This document shows, in pieces, positions 30,398 to 39,704 of a stretch of DNA of 47,195 nucleotides. How positions within the stretch are numbered: the stretch's first letter is position 1; the number at the start of each line of letters is the position of its first letter. The stretch spans positions 1-47,195 of the forward strand of contig BTTF01000003.1 of NCBI GenBank assembly GCA_036244995.1. Direction: 5' to 3'. A model generated the notes under the pieces. That model ran no database searches. It had not been told where the DNA came from and saw only the letters and a program-made list of their open reading frames with translations. The translations under genes and the position numbers were made by a program. The DNA comes from a bacterium (GTDB taxonomy: Bacteria; Nitrospirota; Thermodesulfovibrionia; Thermodesulfovibrionales; JdFR-85).

Positions 30398-30565
30398 AAA
30401 GGATCCCTCCATTGATTCTATACTTGGTTTGGATTGGAAAATCGCTTGATAACAGTTAAGTGCCCTCTATTCTATTAGATTAACAGGTGTTATTTCAAGA
30501 AGATTAGCAGATTAACCGTTTCCTTGGCCTTTTTTTCTCTGATATTGTTATGATAATTTTTTATA

Positions 30566-32221
30566 ATGTTGAGAGAGTTAAGAATAAAAAACTTTGCAAT
30601 TGTGGATAAGCTCGGTCTCTCCTTTGAAGAAGGCCTGAATGTAATAACAGGAGAGACAGGGGCCGGTAAGTCCCTTGTTGTGGATGCCGTTGAGCTGGTA
30701 CTTGGGGGCAGGGCGAGTTCAGAGTCCGTCAGGACCGGCGCAGATGAGGCCTGGATAGAGGCCTTTTTCGAGATAAAGAATAGCCTTCTGCTTGATTCTA
30801 TCGGTATTGCCTGTGATGAGGGGGTAATCGTAAAACGGGTAGTTTCGAGGACCGGACGAAGCAGGGCCTATATTAATGATTCTCTTGTAACCATACAGAC
30901 CCTTTCAGCCTTTGGCAAAGACCTTGTCGACCTGCATGGCCAGCATGAACACCAGAGTCTGCTCTCCCCGGCAGTCCAGAGGGGGCTTGTTGATTCCTTT
31001 GGCAGACTTGACGGCCCTGTAAAAGAGGTGGGCAAACTCCATGACAGTTACCGGACCATGCTCAGCACCATTACGGATATAAAGGAGAAGGCAAGGGAGC
31101 GGGCTCAGAGAATAGACCTCCTGAGGTATCAGATTGCCGAGATTGATGCCGCAGGACTTCAGGGGGGAGAAGATGTGGGGCTGCGTGAAGAGAAGGCAAT
31201 TCTTTCCAACCTTACCCATCTGAGATATCTTGGGGAGTCAGCCTTTTCGGTTCTGAAAGATGAGGACGGCTCGGTTCTGGAAAAACTCGGCATGCTTCTT
31301 GGCAATATTGAAGAGCTCAGTCAGATAGATGCCTCTGCGGCAGAGGTGCTGAAGGTCTTAAGGGATGCAGATTCCCTGCTGCAGGATGCTGCCTCTTCCC
31401 TGCGCGAGATCAAGGAGAGGTATGATTGTGAGCCACAGAGGCTTGAAGATGTGGAATCAAGGCTGGCACTTATTGAAGACCTTCAGAGAAAGTATGGCGA
31501 GACAGTGGATAGTATCCTTGATTATAGAGAAAAGGCAGCAGCGGAACTTGAGGATTTAGAGGGACTTGAGGAGCGTGGTGCAGAGATTGAGGATGAGTTG
31601 GAAAAGATTCACTCGGCATTGATGGAAGAGGCCGGGTCCCTGAGCAGGGAGAGGAAAAAGACTGCCCGGAGGATAGAGGGCATGTTAAAGAAAGTACTCT
31701 CCGAGCTTGCTTTCAGCCACCCTGATTTCAGGATAGAGGTTGCAGAGATACCCATCACGGCAACAGGCATTGACAGGGTCGATTTTCTCTTCTCTGCCAA
31801 TCCCGGTCAGCCGCCGCGCCCCCTCAGCAAGGTTGCCTCAGGCGGGGAACTATCAAGGCTGATGCTTGCACTGAAGAGCGTATTTGCAGATGTGGACAGG
31901 GTGCCGGTACTGGTCTTTGATGAGGTAGATGCAGGGGTGGGTGGGCAGACTGCCGAATCAGTCGGGGAGAGATTGAGGAGACTTTCAGAGAGACACCAGG
32001 TTATATGTATCACACACCTGCCGCAGATTGCATCAAGGGCAGACTTTCATCTGCTCGTAATCAAGGAGGAAGAAGGAGAGGGGGTTGCAGTGACGGTCAG
32101 GGGGCTTGACCGTGATGAGCGGGTAAGGGAGATTGCGAGGATGCTCAGTGGCTCTGTGAGCGGGCCGTCTCTAAGACATGCCGAGGAGTTACTGCGCAAA
32201 AAGCGGGATGAAGGGCGATGA
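30566..32221 (+). CDS. recN: DNA repair protein RecN
   Basis: TGETGAGKS, LHGQHEHQ, ASGGELSRLMLAL, FDEVDAGVGG, ITHLPQIA. Confidence 0.96.
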   Translation: MLRELRIKNFAIVDKLGLSFEEGLNVITGETGAGKSLVVDAVELVLGGRASSESVRTGADEAWIEAFFEIKNSLLLDSIGIACDEGVIVKRVVSRTGRSRAYINDSLVTIQTLSAFGKDLVDLHGQHEHQSLLSPAVQRGLVDSFGRLDGPVKEVGKLHDSYRTMLSTITDIKEKARERAQRIDLLRYQIAEIDAAGLQGGEDVGLREEKAILSNLTHLRYLGESAFSVLKDEDGSVLEKLGMLLGNIEELSQIDASAAEVLKVLRDADSLLQDAASSLREIKERYDCEPQRLEDVESRLALIEDLQRKYGETVDSILDYREKAAAELEDLEGLEERGAEIEDELEKIHSALMEEAGSLSRERKKTARRIEGMLKKVLSELAFSHPDFRIEVAEIPITATGIDRVDFLFSANPGQPPRPLSKVASGGELSRLMLALKSVFADVDRVPVLVFDEVDAGVGGQTAESVGERLRRLSERHQVICITHLPQIASRADFHLLVIKEEEGEGVAVTVRGLDRDERVREIARMLSGSVSGPSLRHAEELLRKKRDEGR

Positions 32222-32448
32222 AGGGCAGGGTGGAGATAGACAGGGAGCTCTGTAAGGGCTGTAATTACTGTGTTGTTACATGCCCGAAGGGGATAATAGA
32301 GATGGATTCCGGGTTCAACAAGGCCGGCTATTATCCTGTAAGGCTGACGGACCCTGACAGGTGTACCGGATGCGTGCTCTGTGCCGAGGTCTGTCCTGAA
32401 TTGGCAATTATGGTCTGGCGGGAAAGTGTTGTGCAGGAGAAATTATAA
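32218..32448 (+). CDS. 2x[4Fe-4S] ferredoxin resembling a 2-oxoacid oxidoreductase delta subunit (KorD/VorC-like)
   Basis: CKGCNYCVVTCP, FNKAGYYP, CTGCVLCAEVCP; ATGA overlap with recN. Confidence 0.88.
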   Translation: MKGRVEIDRELCKGCNYCVVTCPKGIIEMDSGFNKAGYYPVRLTDPDRCTGCVLCAEVCPELAIMVWRESVVQEKL

Positions 32449-32474
32449 AATCAGGAGAAAATATAAAATGTTTT

Positions 32475-32552
32475 GACAGGATTAACAGGATGAACAGGAT
32501 AACGTAAAGCAACTAAAATAAAAAACATCCTGTTAATCCTGTATATCCTGTC
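32475..32552. repeat. Nonamer-based inverted repeat element, copy 2, overlapping the trmH 3' end
   Basis: GACAGGATTAACAGGATGAACAGGAT (32475-32500) ... ATCCTGTTAATCCTGTATATCCTGTC (32527-32552); left arm 25/26 identical to copy 1. Confidence 0.88.
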
Positions 32553-33387
32553 TGATTTCTGTTTCTCTTCTTTTTCTGATAAACTCGTAAATGGTGATTG
32601 CAGCAGTTGAGGCTACATTGAGGCTCTCGGCACTCCCATATATGGGTATCCTGAGACTGCAGGCTGCCTCTTGTCTTATCTCGTTGCTTACCCCCTGCGT
32701 TTCATTTCCAAAGACCAGTGCGCCACTGCCCTCAAGGTCAAACTCAAATATTGTCCTGTCTGCCTCAGGTGCTGTAATCAGGATGGGAATCTTATGTCCC
32801 CTGCACCACTCAAGGAAATCCTCTCTTTCTGCCAGGACAATGTCCATGTTGAAGACACTCCCTGCGGAAGCCCTTATTACCTTGGGATTAAAGGGGTTGG
32901 CAGAGCCCTTGAGGGAGATGAAGGCCCTTATTCCTGCCCCGTCACAGACCCTGATGATTGTTCCTGTATTGCCGGGGTCCTGTATTGCGTCGGATACGAC
33001 GAAGAGTTCGTCCTTTTCCGGGGAAAGGTCATGGATATCCCTTGCCTTTACCTTGCAGATTGCAATTATACCCTGGGGTGTTACGGTGTCGGATATTTGA
33101 GCCATCCGGTCTTTGTCTATAACGAATACCGGGATGGTGAGACCGGTAAGTTTTTCGAGTATGGAGTCGTATCCCGTCTCCTTCAGAACGTCCTCTGTGA
33201 TGAGTGCCGACTTGATTGCGGCCCCGGCTTCAATGGCTATTGCAAGGGGTCTTGGCCCTTCAATCAGTACCTCACCGGAGAGGCTTTTGAGAGCGGGTGC
33301 ATATTTTTCAGGCCTGCTCCTCAGTTTGAGAACCTTCTTTATTGCCGGGTTATGCAGGGACTGAAGGGTCTTTGTCTTTGTCTTCAT
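32533..33387 (-). CDS. TrmH/SpoU-family RNA 2'-O-methyltransferase
   Basis: IQDPGNTGTIIR, KVIRASAGS, FGNETQG, ESLNVA. Confidence 0.92.
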   Translation of the reverse strand: MKTKTKTLQSLHNPAIKKVLKLRSRPEKYAPALKSLSGEVLIEGPRPLAIAIEAGAAIKSALITEDVLKETGYDSILEKLTGLTIPVFVIDKDRMAQISDTVTPQGIIAICKVKARDIHDLSPEKDELFVVSDAIQDPGNTGTIIRVCDGAGIRAFISLKGSANPFNPKVIRASAGSVFNMDIVLAEREDFLEWCRGHKIPILITAPEADRTIFEFDLEGSGALVFGNETQGVSNEIRQEAACSLRIPIYGSAESLNVASTAAITIYEFIRKRRETEIRQDIQD

Positions 33388-34306
33388 CTTTAACCCTCCA
33401 TTTGATGTATACGATTATTCCGGGCAGGGAACCCACTGTGTAGGCAAGAAACCATGCAAGGGATATCGACGTGGCTACCCCGGGTGAAATTCCTGTAAGC
33501 CCCAGGAGCATTACAAATGCCCCCTCCCTGATGCCGAGTCCTGATATGGATATAGGGAGGGTCGTGAGCGTGTTTATTATGGGTATGAAGAGGAAGTATT
33601 CTATCAGGGATGCATCAGCACCAATGCCGACAGACAAGATGTAGACAGAGACGATTCCAATAATCTGTATGATGATCGAGAGGGCAAAGGTCTTTAAGAG
33701 CACTACGGGGGAGTCCTTCAGTTTTCTGAAGTATTTATGGAAGCCTCTTATGGTGGAAAACCTTTTTCCGATCTTGAGGACAAAAATAAAGAAACTGATT
33801 GCTATAAAAATCAATGCTATTACAGGTACTGCCCATTCCACACCGGTACCCCGGATTTTATTTATTCCAAAGGGAATGGCTGTAAGTCCGAGAGTGATCA
33901 TTGCCAGAAAGCCCATATACCTGTCGGCAAAGACCGTTGCGAGAGACAGAGACCCCCTGTCTGTGTCCTTGTAAAGATAGTAGGTTCTGACTGCATCTCC
34001 ACCGACTATGCCGGGCAGGAAGCGGTTGAAAAAGGCCCCCATAAGGTAGAGCGAGAAGAGTCTGAAGGTGCTCAGGTTACCGAACTTCTTTCCAAGTGGT
34101 GTAAGCAGGACCTTCCACCTGATGGTTGATGTAAACAGGGACAGTAAATAAAGCAGCAGTGCGGCAATGAAGCTGAGGGGATTCATCTCCCTGAGAGTGA
34201 GATATACTTCCCGAATCCCGGCTTTCCTCAATACAAAATAGAGGATAACAGAGCTTATGGTCATCTTCACCAGGAGTGTTAATATCTTATTTCTTTTTTT
34301 GGCCAA
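33350..34306 (-). CDS. LPG-synthase TM / flippase-like membrane protein (UPF0104)
   Basis: RW, FFNRFLP..VGGDAVR, FADR, LPISISGLGIREG. Confidence 0.85.
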   Translation of the reverse strand: MAKKRNKILTLLVKMTISSVILYFVLRKAGIREVYLTLREMNPLSFIAALLLYLLSLFTSTIRWKVLLTPLGKKFGNLSTFRLFSLYLMGAFFNRFLPGIVGGDAVRTYYLYKDTDRGSLSLATVFADRYMGFLAMITLGLTAIPFGINKIRGTGVEWAVPVIALIFIAISFFIFVLKIGKRFSTIRGFHKYFRKLKDSPVVLLKTFALSIIIQIIGIVSVYILSVGIGADASLIEYFLFIPIINTLTTLPISISGLGIREGAFVMLLGLTGISPGVATSISLAWFLAYTVGSLPGIIVYIKWRVKDEDKDKDPSVPA

Positions 34307-35372
34307 GGATATCCTTGATTACGTAGATTGGTTTTCTCTGACTCTCGTGATAAACCCTTACGAGCATCTCACTTATAAGCCCCATGCCTATAAGCTGAAT
34401 ACCGACAATTATCAGGAGGATACTCAAAAGTAGAAGAGGTCTGCCTCCTATGGATTCTCCGAACAGGATTTTTCTGAATGTGAGATAAAGAGAAAGGGAA
34501 AAGCCGATAAAGCCGCAACCCAGTCCCAGGGGGCCAAAGAACTGTATGGGTTTTGTGGAGAAGCTCTGCAGGAATTTTACCGTTATAAGGTCGAGCATAA
34601 CCTTGACTGTACGGGAGATACCGTATTTTGATTTGCCCCTGAGTCTCGGATGGTGAGTGGTCTCCACCTCTGCCACGCTCACTCCATACCAGCTTGCCAC
34701 TGCAGGGATGAACCTGTGCATTTCTCCATATAGTCTCAGACTTTTAATAACCTCACGCCTGTAAGCCTTTAAAGAGCACCCGTAATCATGAAGCCTGACC
34801 CCTGTTACCCTGCTTATAATCCAGTTGGCAGCCATTGAGGGGAGTCTTCTGCTGAAATAGGGGTCTTTCCTATCCTTTCTCCATCCGCTCACAAGATCGA
34901 ATTCATTGATAAGAGAAAGGAGTTTTGGTATATCTGCAGGATCATTCTGCAGGTCACCATCCATGGTTATGATAACGTCACCTTGTGCAAGGTCAAAGCC
35001 GGCAGCAAAGGCAGCGGTCTGGCCAAAGTTTCGCCTCAGGATCAATACCGTTACACGCCGGTCCGAGAGTGACAAGGCGTTCAGGAGCAACGGGGTTTTA
35101 TCTGTGCTTCCATCATCCACATATATGAGTTCATAATCAACACCAAGGGATGGAAGCACGTCGGTAAGTCTCCTGTGGAGTTCTTCAATGTTCTCTTCTT
35201 CGTTATAGAGCGGGATTACTATAGATAGCTTTTTTAACCATGCCGGTTTGTTTGTAATATTTTTCTCCTCTTTCAGTTCACTAACAGAGTGTTGCAAGTT
35301 GATTTCCTTTTTTCCTCCAGGGATTGTGCGGGAATTCCTGGAAATAATCTTTTTCCGAGGTCTGTAGTTCAA
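34287..35372 (-). CDS. Family 2 glycosyltransferase (polyprenol-phosphate GT, ArnC/GtrB-like); true start probably downstream of 35372
   Basis: SIVIPLYNEEEN, VDDGSTD, RRNFGQTAA, MDGDLQNDP, LHDYGCSLKAYR, two C-terminal TM helices. Confidence 0.9.
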   Translation of the reverse strand: MNYRPRKKIISRNSRTIPGGKKEINLQHSVSELKEEKNITNKPAWLKKLSIVIPLYNEEENIEELHRRLTDVLPSLGVDYELIYVDDGSTDKTPLLLNALSLSDRRVTVLILRRNFGQTAAFAAGFDLAQGDVIITMDGDLQNDPADIPKLLSLINEFDLVSGWRKDRKDPYFSRRLPSMAANWIISRVTGVRLHDYGCSLKAYRREVIKSLRLYGEMHRFIPAVASWYGVSVAEVETTHHPRLRGKSKYGISRTVKVMLDLITVKFLQSFSTKPIQFFGPLGLGCGFIGFSLSLYLTFRKILFGESIGGRPLLLLSILLIIVGIQLIGMGLISEMLVRVYHESQRKPIYVIKDILGQKKK

Positions 35373-35373
35373 A

Positions 35374-35401
35374 TAAATTGCACTTAGTAAATTGCACTTA
35401 G
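35374..35401 (+). repeat. Perfect 14-bp tandem duplication TAAATTGCACTTAG
   Basis: Copies at 35374-35387 and 35388-35401. Confidence 0.85.
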
Positions 35402-35742
35402 TGCCCGAACGGGTCTAATATTTTACACATTTTACAGCAACTAAAACAAACTGTGAATATCTGCACTTTACTTAATCCGTGCTCTCTCCCGGGAAGGCAA
35501 TAGTGAACAGAGGTTATAAATTGTGGAGTTGGCTTCTCAATTGGAGTGTCATTTCTTGTCACTCCAGGCCGTTCACCCGGATGTCCGGGGGTTGAAGAAC
35601 TTAATGGATGCAATGTGTTAGCAGATATTCTTGTTGTATTGACTTTTAAGCCTTTTGTAGCAGGATTACATTATTTTTAGTTAATGTTTTCGGGGTTTGC
35701 AACAGGTTCCGGGAAGCTCTCTTATAACAATGCCTGAAGAGC

Positions 35743-35758
35743 GGGCACGATACTTGCT
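35743..35758 (+). promoter_or_regulatory. Putative sigma54 (-24/-12) promoter of the diguanylate cyclase
   Basis: GGGCACG-ATAC-TTGCT versus consensus TGGCACG-N4-TTGCW. Confidence 0.6.
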
Positions 35759-35887
35759 TGATTTTTATGTTATATTAAGATATAAGATAAGTGTAAAGTA
35801 TGCAGGAAGAGGAAACCTGTTTAATCAAAATCATGTAAAATAAAAAACGAACTGCACGACGGATGCAGGCTTGGTGGGTATCTATTT

Positions 35888-37120
35888 ATGGAAAACATGC
35901 AATCAATTGTAAAAATTTTAATATTTATGGCAGCAGCCGTGGGTGTTGTTAGTGTGATCATGTATATAGTCGGACTGTTCAGGGAACCTGAACCTGAACC
36001 GGAAGAGAAGAAGGATATAAGCACACTCAGGGAGATATCCCTGAGGGACCAGAATATCCGGACGCTTCAGTCCGAGGTACAACGTTTGAATGAGCTTAAC
36101 AGCAGCTATCTGGTTTTTATGCTGAACATCCCCACGGCGGTCATGCACCTGAACACCACCCTCGATTTCGACAAAATCACTGCCACGATTATTCGACTGG
36201 TAAGGGATATCATTGCCACAGATACGGTCGAGCTCTATATCTTTGACAAAGAGGATGAGCTCTTAAAGAGGGTATCCCCGGATGGCGAGGTAGAGGACCA
36301 TGTTGCGTATGCCCTGGGGGAGGGATTGATTGGCCGGGCCGGACAACATCGAATGCTCAGGATTAAAGGCCGGGGGGATGAAGGATATAACAGGAAAAAG
36401 GGTTCCGAGCATGTGGAGACACCGCTCTATATGGCTGCGCCGATTCATTTCAGCAATCGCCTGCTTGGTGTCATAGGTGCCGGGGAGGTCAAACCCCCCA
36501 GTGGTAACGAGGGGAGCCTGCTGAAGATGATTGCAGACATTGCAAGTGTGGCGTTGTTCAATCAGAAGTTTCTGAGCGGTGCAAAGAAAGAGGCGGAAGT
36601 CGATCCGCTAACCGGACTCTATAACCGCCGTTACTTCTTCCATATGGTCCAGAAGTTTGTGGAGAAAGCTATTCTGGAGGATATTGCAATCTCGATTTTC
36701 CTTTTTGATATTGATAATTTCAAACACTATAATGATACCAATGGCCATGCCGAGGGAGATCAGCTTTTGAAAGAGCTTAGTGATCTGGTGAGTAAATTTA
36801 CACGGAAGACATCAGTTGTTGCACGCTATGGGGGAGAGGAATTTATTGTCATGCTGCCCGAGATTTCAAAGGAGGAGGCATTTGTTTATGCCGAAAGGGT
36901 TCGGGAATTAATCGCCGCTCATCCTTTTGCCAACAGGGAAAAACAACCCCTGGGTCTTGTTTCGATCAGCGGTGGTGTAGCAAGTTTTCCCGCTGACGGC
37001 AGATCAATCCATGAGGTGATTCAGTTGGCGGATGCGGCCCTTTATCAGGCGAAAAGGGAAGGGAGAAACCGTGTACTTATGCACAAACCATTTCTGTTTT
37101 CAGATGAAATATCGGATTAG
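35888..37120 (+). CDS. Membrane-anchored GAF-GGDEF diguanylate cyclase
   Basis: N-terminal TM, coiled coil, GAF (GEGLIG, MAAPI...LLGVI), DPLTGLYNRR, DIDNFKHYND..GH, RYGGEEF. Confidence 0.93.
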   Translation: MENMQSIVKILIFMAAAVGVVSVIMYIVGLFREPEPEPEEKKDISTLREISLRDQNIRTLQSEVQRLNELNSSYLVFMLNIPTAVMHLNTTLDFDKITATIIRLVRDIIATDTVELYIFDKEDELLKRVSPDGEVEDHVAYALGEGLIGRAGQHRMLRIKGRGDEGYNRKKGSEHVETPLYMAAPIHFSNRLLGVIGAGEVKPPSGNEGSLLKMIADIASVALFNQKFLSGAKKEAEVDPLTGLYNRRYFFHMVQKFVEKAILEDIAISIFLFDIDNFKHYNDTNGHAEGDQLLKELSDLVSKFTRKTSVVARYGGEEFIVMLPEISKEEAFVYAERVRELIAAHPFANREKQPLGLVSISGGVASFPADGRSIHEVIQLADAALYQAKREGRNRVLMHKPFLFSDEISD

Positions 37121-37166
37121 TGCCTGTCGGATTGGACCTCGTTTGTTGCCACATTTTTGACGTACA

Positions 37167-38702
37167 TTAATGAATACGGCTGGAAGGCTGAAGGCTGTAT
37201 CTGATAATCTCTTCAACCATTGCGTCCACCGTAGCGGTTTTCGGCATAATATCCACTTTCAGTCCCGCCTTCTCAATAGCCCTTGCAGTAACAGGACCTA
37301 TTGCAGCAATCATGACATTTTTCAGCAGACTTCCTGCCTCATCACCCAGCATTTCGCGGAAATTGGTAAAAGTGGCTTTGGAAGTGAAGGTTGCCATGGT
37401 AATCTTTCCTTCCCTGAGGAACCGTTTCATCCTCTTGCCTTGACTTCCGGGTTTAATTGCCCTGTAAGTGACCGGAACGTCTATCTCTCCACCGGACTCT
37501 CTTACTTTTTCGGGAAAGACTTTCCTTGCCGCCGCTGCACGCGGCAGCAGTATTTTTAAACCCCTGAAAGCATCGGGGCCGCCAAATGCCTTGATAAGTC
37601 CCTCTGCCCTGAATTTGTCCGGGATAAGGTCAACCCTGAGTCCGTACTTTCCGACCTCATCTGCTGTTTTTGTACCAATAGCGCATATTTTGATCCCAAA
37701 GAGGTCTCTCACATCCCTGTTGAGGTCAAAAAACCTCCGGAAAAAGAATCTCACACCAATTGCACTTGTGAAGACAAGCCATTTATAGGCTCTGACTTTA
37801 CTGATTGCAGCATCAAGCTCTTCCCATGACTCCGGTGGTACCACCTTGATGGTGGGGAATACCGTTACCTCAGCCCCAAGCCTTTCAAGTGGTTCAAACC
37901 CCTCTGAATGCTCCCGTGTAACCAGTATTCTCTGACCAAAAAGCGGTTTCTTTTCAAACCAGTTAAGTTTATCCCGCAGTTTCACAACATCTCCCACGAC
38001 AACCACTGCCGGGGGCCTTATTTCGCTGCTCTTTATCGCAGCGGGTATGTCTCTGATGGTTGAGACAATGGTTCTCTGCTCAGACCTTGTCCCCCAGCGT
38101 ATTACCGCCACAGGTGTGTTCGGGTCCTTGCCATTCTCAATAAGTCTCCCTGAGACGTCCTCTATATTCTTTACGGCCATAAGAAAGACGATCGTTCCGT
38201 TGCCCCCTGCAAGGGCAGCCCAGTCAATACTGCTTTCCTTTTTTGTTGATGCCTCATTGCCGGGGACTACAACAAAAGAGGAGGCATAATCCCTGTGTGT
38301 CAGGGGAATGCCGGCATAGGCAGGTGCGGCAATAGCTGAACTGATACCAGGGACAACCTCAAACTCTATCCCTTCCCCTGTAAGGACCTCGGCCTCTTCG
38401 CCTCCCCGGCCAAAGACAAAGGGGTCACCACCCTTCAGCCTGCATACATCCTTTCCTTCCAGCGCCTTGCGGACCAGGACGGAATTTATCTCATCCTGCG
38501 TCATATCATGGCGCCCACCCCGTTTTCCAGCATAGATAAGCTCAGCCCCACCCTTTATATAATCCAGTATCTGGACATTGAGATGGAAGTCGTAAACCAC
38601 AACATCGGCCCTCTGCAGGCACTTCAGCCCCTTTATCGTCAATAATCCGATATCTCCCGGCCCGGCTCCAACGAGAGATACCTTACCTTTTGTTTCTTTC
38701 AT
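37167..38702 (-). CDS. cobA: Fused uroporphyrinogen-III C-methyltransferase / uroporphyrinogen-III synthase (CobA-HemD)
   Basis: LVGAGPGD, RLKGGDPFVFGRGGEE, followed by HemD half (ILVTR, VFTS, AIG..TA). Confidence 0.93.
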   Translation of the reverse strand: MKETKGKVSLVGAGPGDIGLLTIKGLKCLQRADVVVYDFHLNVQILDYIKGGAELIYAGKRGGRHDMTQDEINSVLVRKALEGKDVCRLKGGDPFVFGRGGEEAEVLTGEGIEFEVVPGISSAIAAPAYAGIPLTHRDYASSFVVVPGNEASTKKESSIDWAALAGGNGTIVFLMAVKNIEDVSGRLIENGKDPNTPVAVIRWGTRSEQRTIVSTIRDIPAAIKSSEIRPPAVVVVGDVVKLRDKLNWFEKKPLFGQRILVTREHSEGFEPLERLGAEVTVFPTIKVVPPESWEELDAAISKVRAYKWLVFTSAIGVRFFFRRFFDLNRDVRDLFGIKICAIGTKTADEVGKYGLRVDLIPDKFRAEGLIKAFGGPDAFRGLKILLPRAAAARKVFPEKVRESGGEIDVPVTYRAIKPGSQGKRMKRFLREGKITMATFTSKATFTNFREMLGDEAGSLLKNVMIAAIGPVTARAIEKAGLKVDIMPKTATVDAMVEEIIRYSLQPSSRIH

Positions 38703-38741
38703 TATTCACCTCAGTCAGATATAAACTCACACTCTTTTCGA

Positions 38742-39704
38742 TTAACGTGCCAAGTCTCTCCCGTAAATACTATCAAGTATCTCCTTTGCACCCCTTGAGA
38801 GCAGGTCTTCAGCAAGCCTGATACCGATGGACTCTGCAATCTCCTGGTCACCTTCCATTTGTTCCCTTATAATCCTTTCACCGGAGACACTTCCCACAAG
38901 ACCGTCCATTACAATTCTTCCGTTAATCAGCCTTGCATAGGCACCAACCGGTACCTGACAGCCCCCTTCAAGCCTTTTAAGAAAGGCCCTTTCAGCCCTG
39001 ACGCAGACAGAGGTCTCCTCGTGATTTAATGGCATAATCAGGGTATTTATAAAATCATCCCCGGTCCTGCACTCAATTCCTACAGCCCCCTGTCCTATTG
39101 CCGGGAGGCTTATCCCGGGTGGAAGCACCTCCGTTATCCTTTCTTTCAAGCCGAGCCTCATAACGCCGGCAGCAGCAAGGATTACGGCATCAAACTGTCC
39201 CTCGTCAAGCTTTTTCAGCCGTGTATCAAGGTTGCCCCGCAGTTGCCCTATCCTTAAATCAGGCCTGATGTTAAGCAACTGGCATGACCGTCTGAGGCTG
39301 CTCGTTCCGATTACAGCTCCTCCGGGCAGGTCTTTAAATTTCTGAATTTTGAATCCCGAATCCTGAATTTGTGATATAAACGCATCCCTCGGGTCCTCTC
39401 TTTTACATATAACGGCAAGATGCAGACCGGCGGGAAACTCTGTCGGCACGTCCTTCATGCTATGAACAGCAATGTCTGCCTCATGCCTCAGGAGTGCCTC
39501 TTCTATCTCTTTCACAAAGAGCCCCTTGCCGCCTACCTTTGCAAGAGGGACATCCAGAATCTTGTCTCCCGTGGTCTTTATCCTGTTGAGTTCAACCCTC
39601 AGGTCAGGATAAAGTTTCTGCAGCTCCGACTTTACCCACTCAGCCTGCCAGAGTGCCAACCTGCTGCCCCTGGTGCCTATTATCACCTTTTTATTGCGAG
39701 CCAT
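38742..39704 (-). CDS. hemC: Hydroxymethylbilane synthase
   Basis: [45 protein letters not shown]. Confidence 0.96.
   Translation of the reverse strand: MARNKKVIIGTRGSRLALWQAEWVKSELQKLYPDLRVELNRIKTTGDKILDVPLAKVGGKGLFVKEIEEALLRHEADIAVHSMKDVPTEFPAGLHLAVICKREDPRDAFISQIQDSGFKIQKFKDLPGGAVIGTSSLRRSCQLLNIRPDLRIGQLRGNLDTRLKKLDEGQFDAVILAAAGVMRLGLKERITEVLPPGISLPAIGQGAVGIECRTGDDFINTLIMPLNHEETSVCVRAERAFLKRLEGGCQVPVGAYARLINGRIVMDGLVGSVSGERIIREQMEGDQEIAESIGIRLAEDLLSRGAKEILDSIYGRDLAR
39341..39368 (-). repeat. Four tandem heptamers (ATTCAGG-like) in frame in hemC
   Basis: Minus strand attcagg attcggg attcaaa attcaga, encoding IQDSGFKIQ. Confidence 0.7.

Noticed and set aside
32671-33393. 240-aa plus-strand Cys-rich ORF
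   Set aside because: Antisense shadow of the trmH gene.
35228-35243. Out-of-frame ATG before an A6 run at the GT2 N-terminus (possible frameshift or phase variation)
   Set aside because: The frame is open upstream with a plausible TTG start near 35297, and the run is short.
35680-35705. GCAAACC...GAAA on the minus strand as a c-di-GMP-I riboswitch
   Set aside because: No complementary P2 stem or downstream GCAAAGC element.
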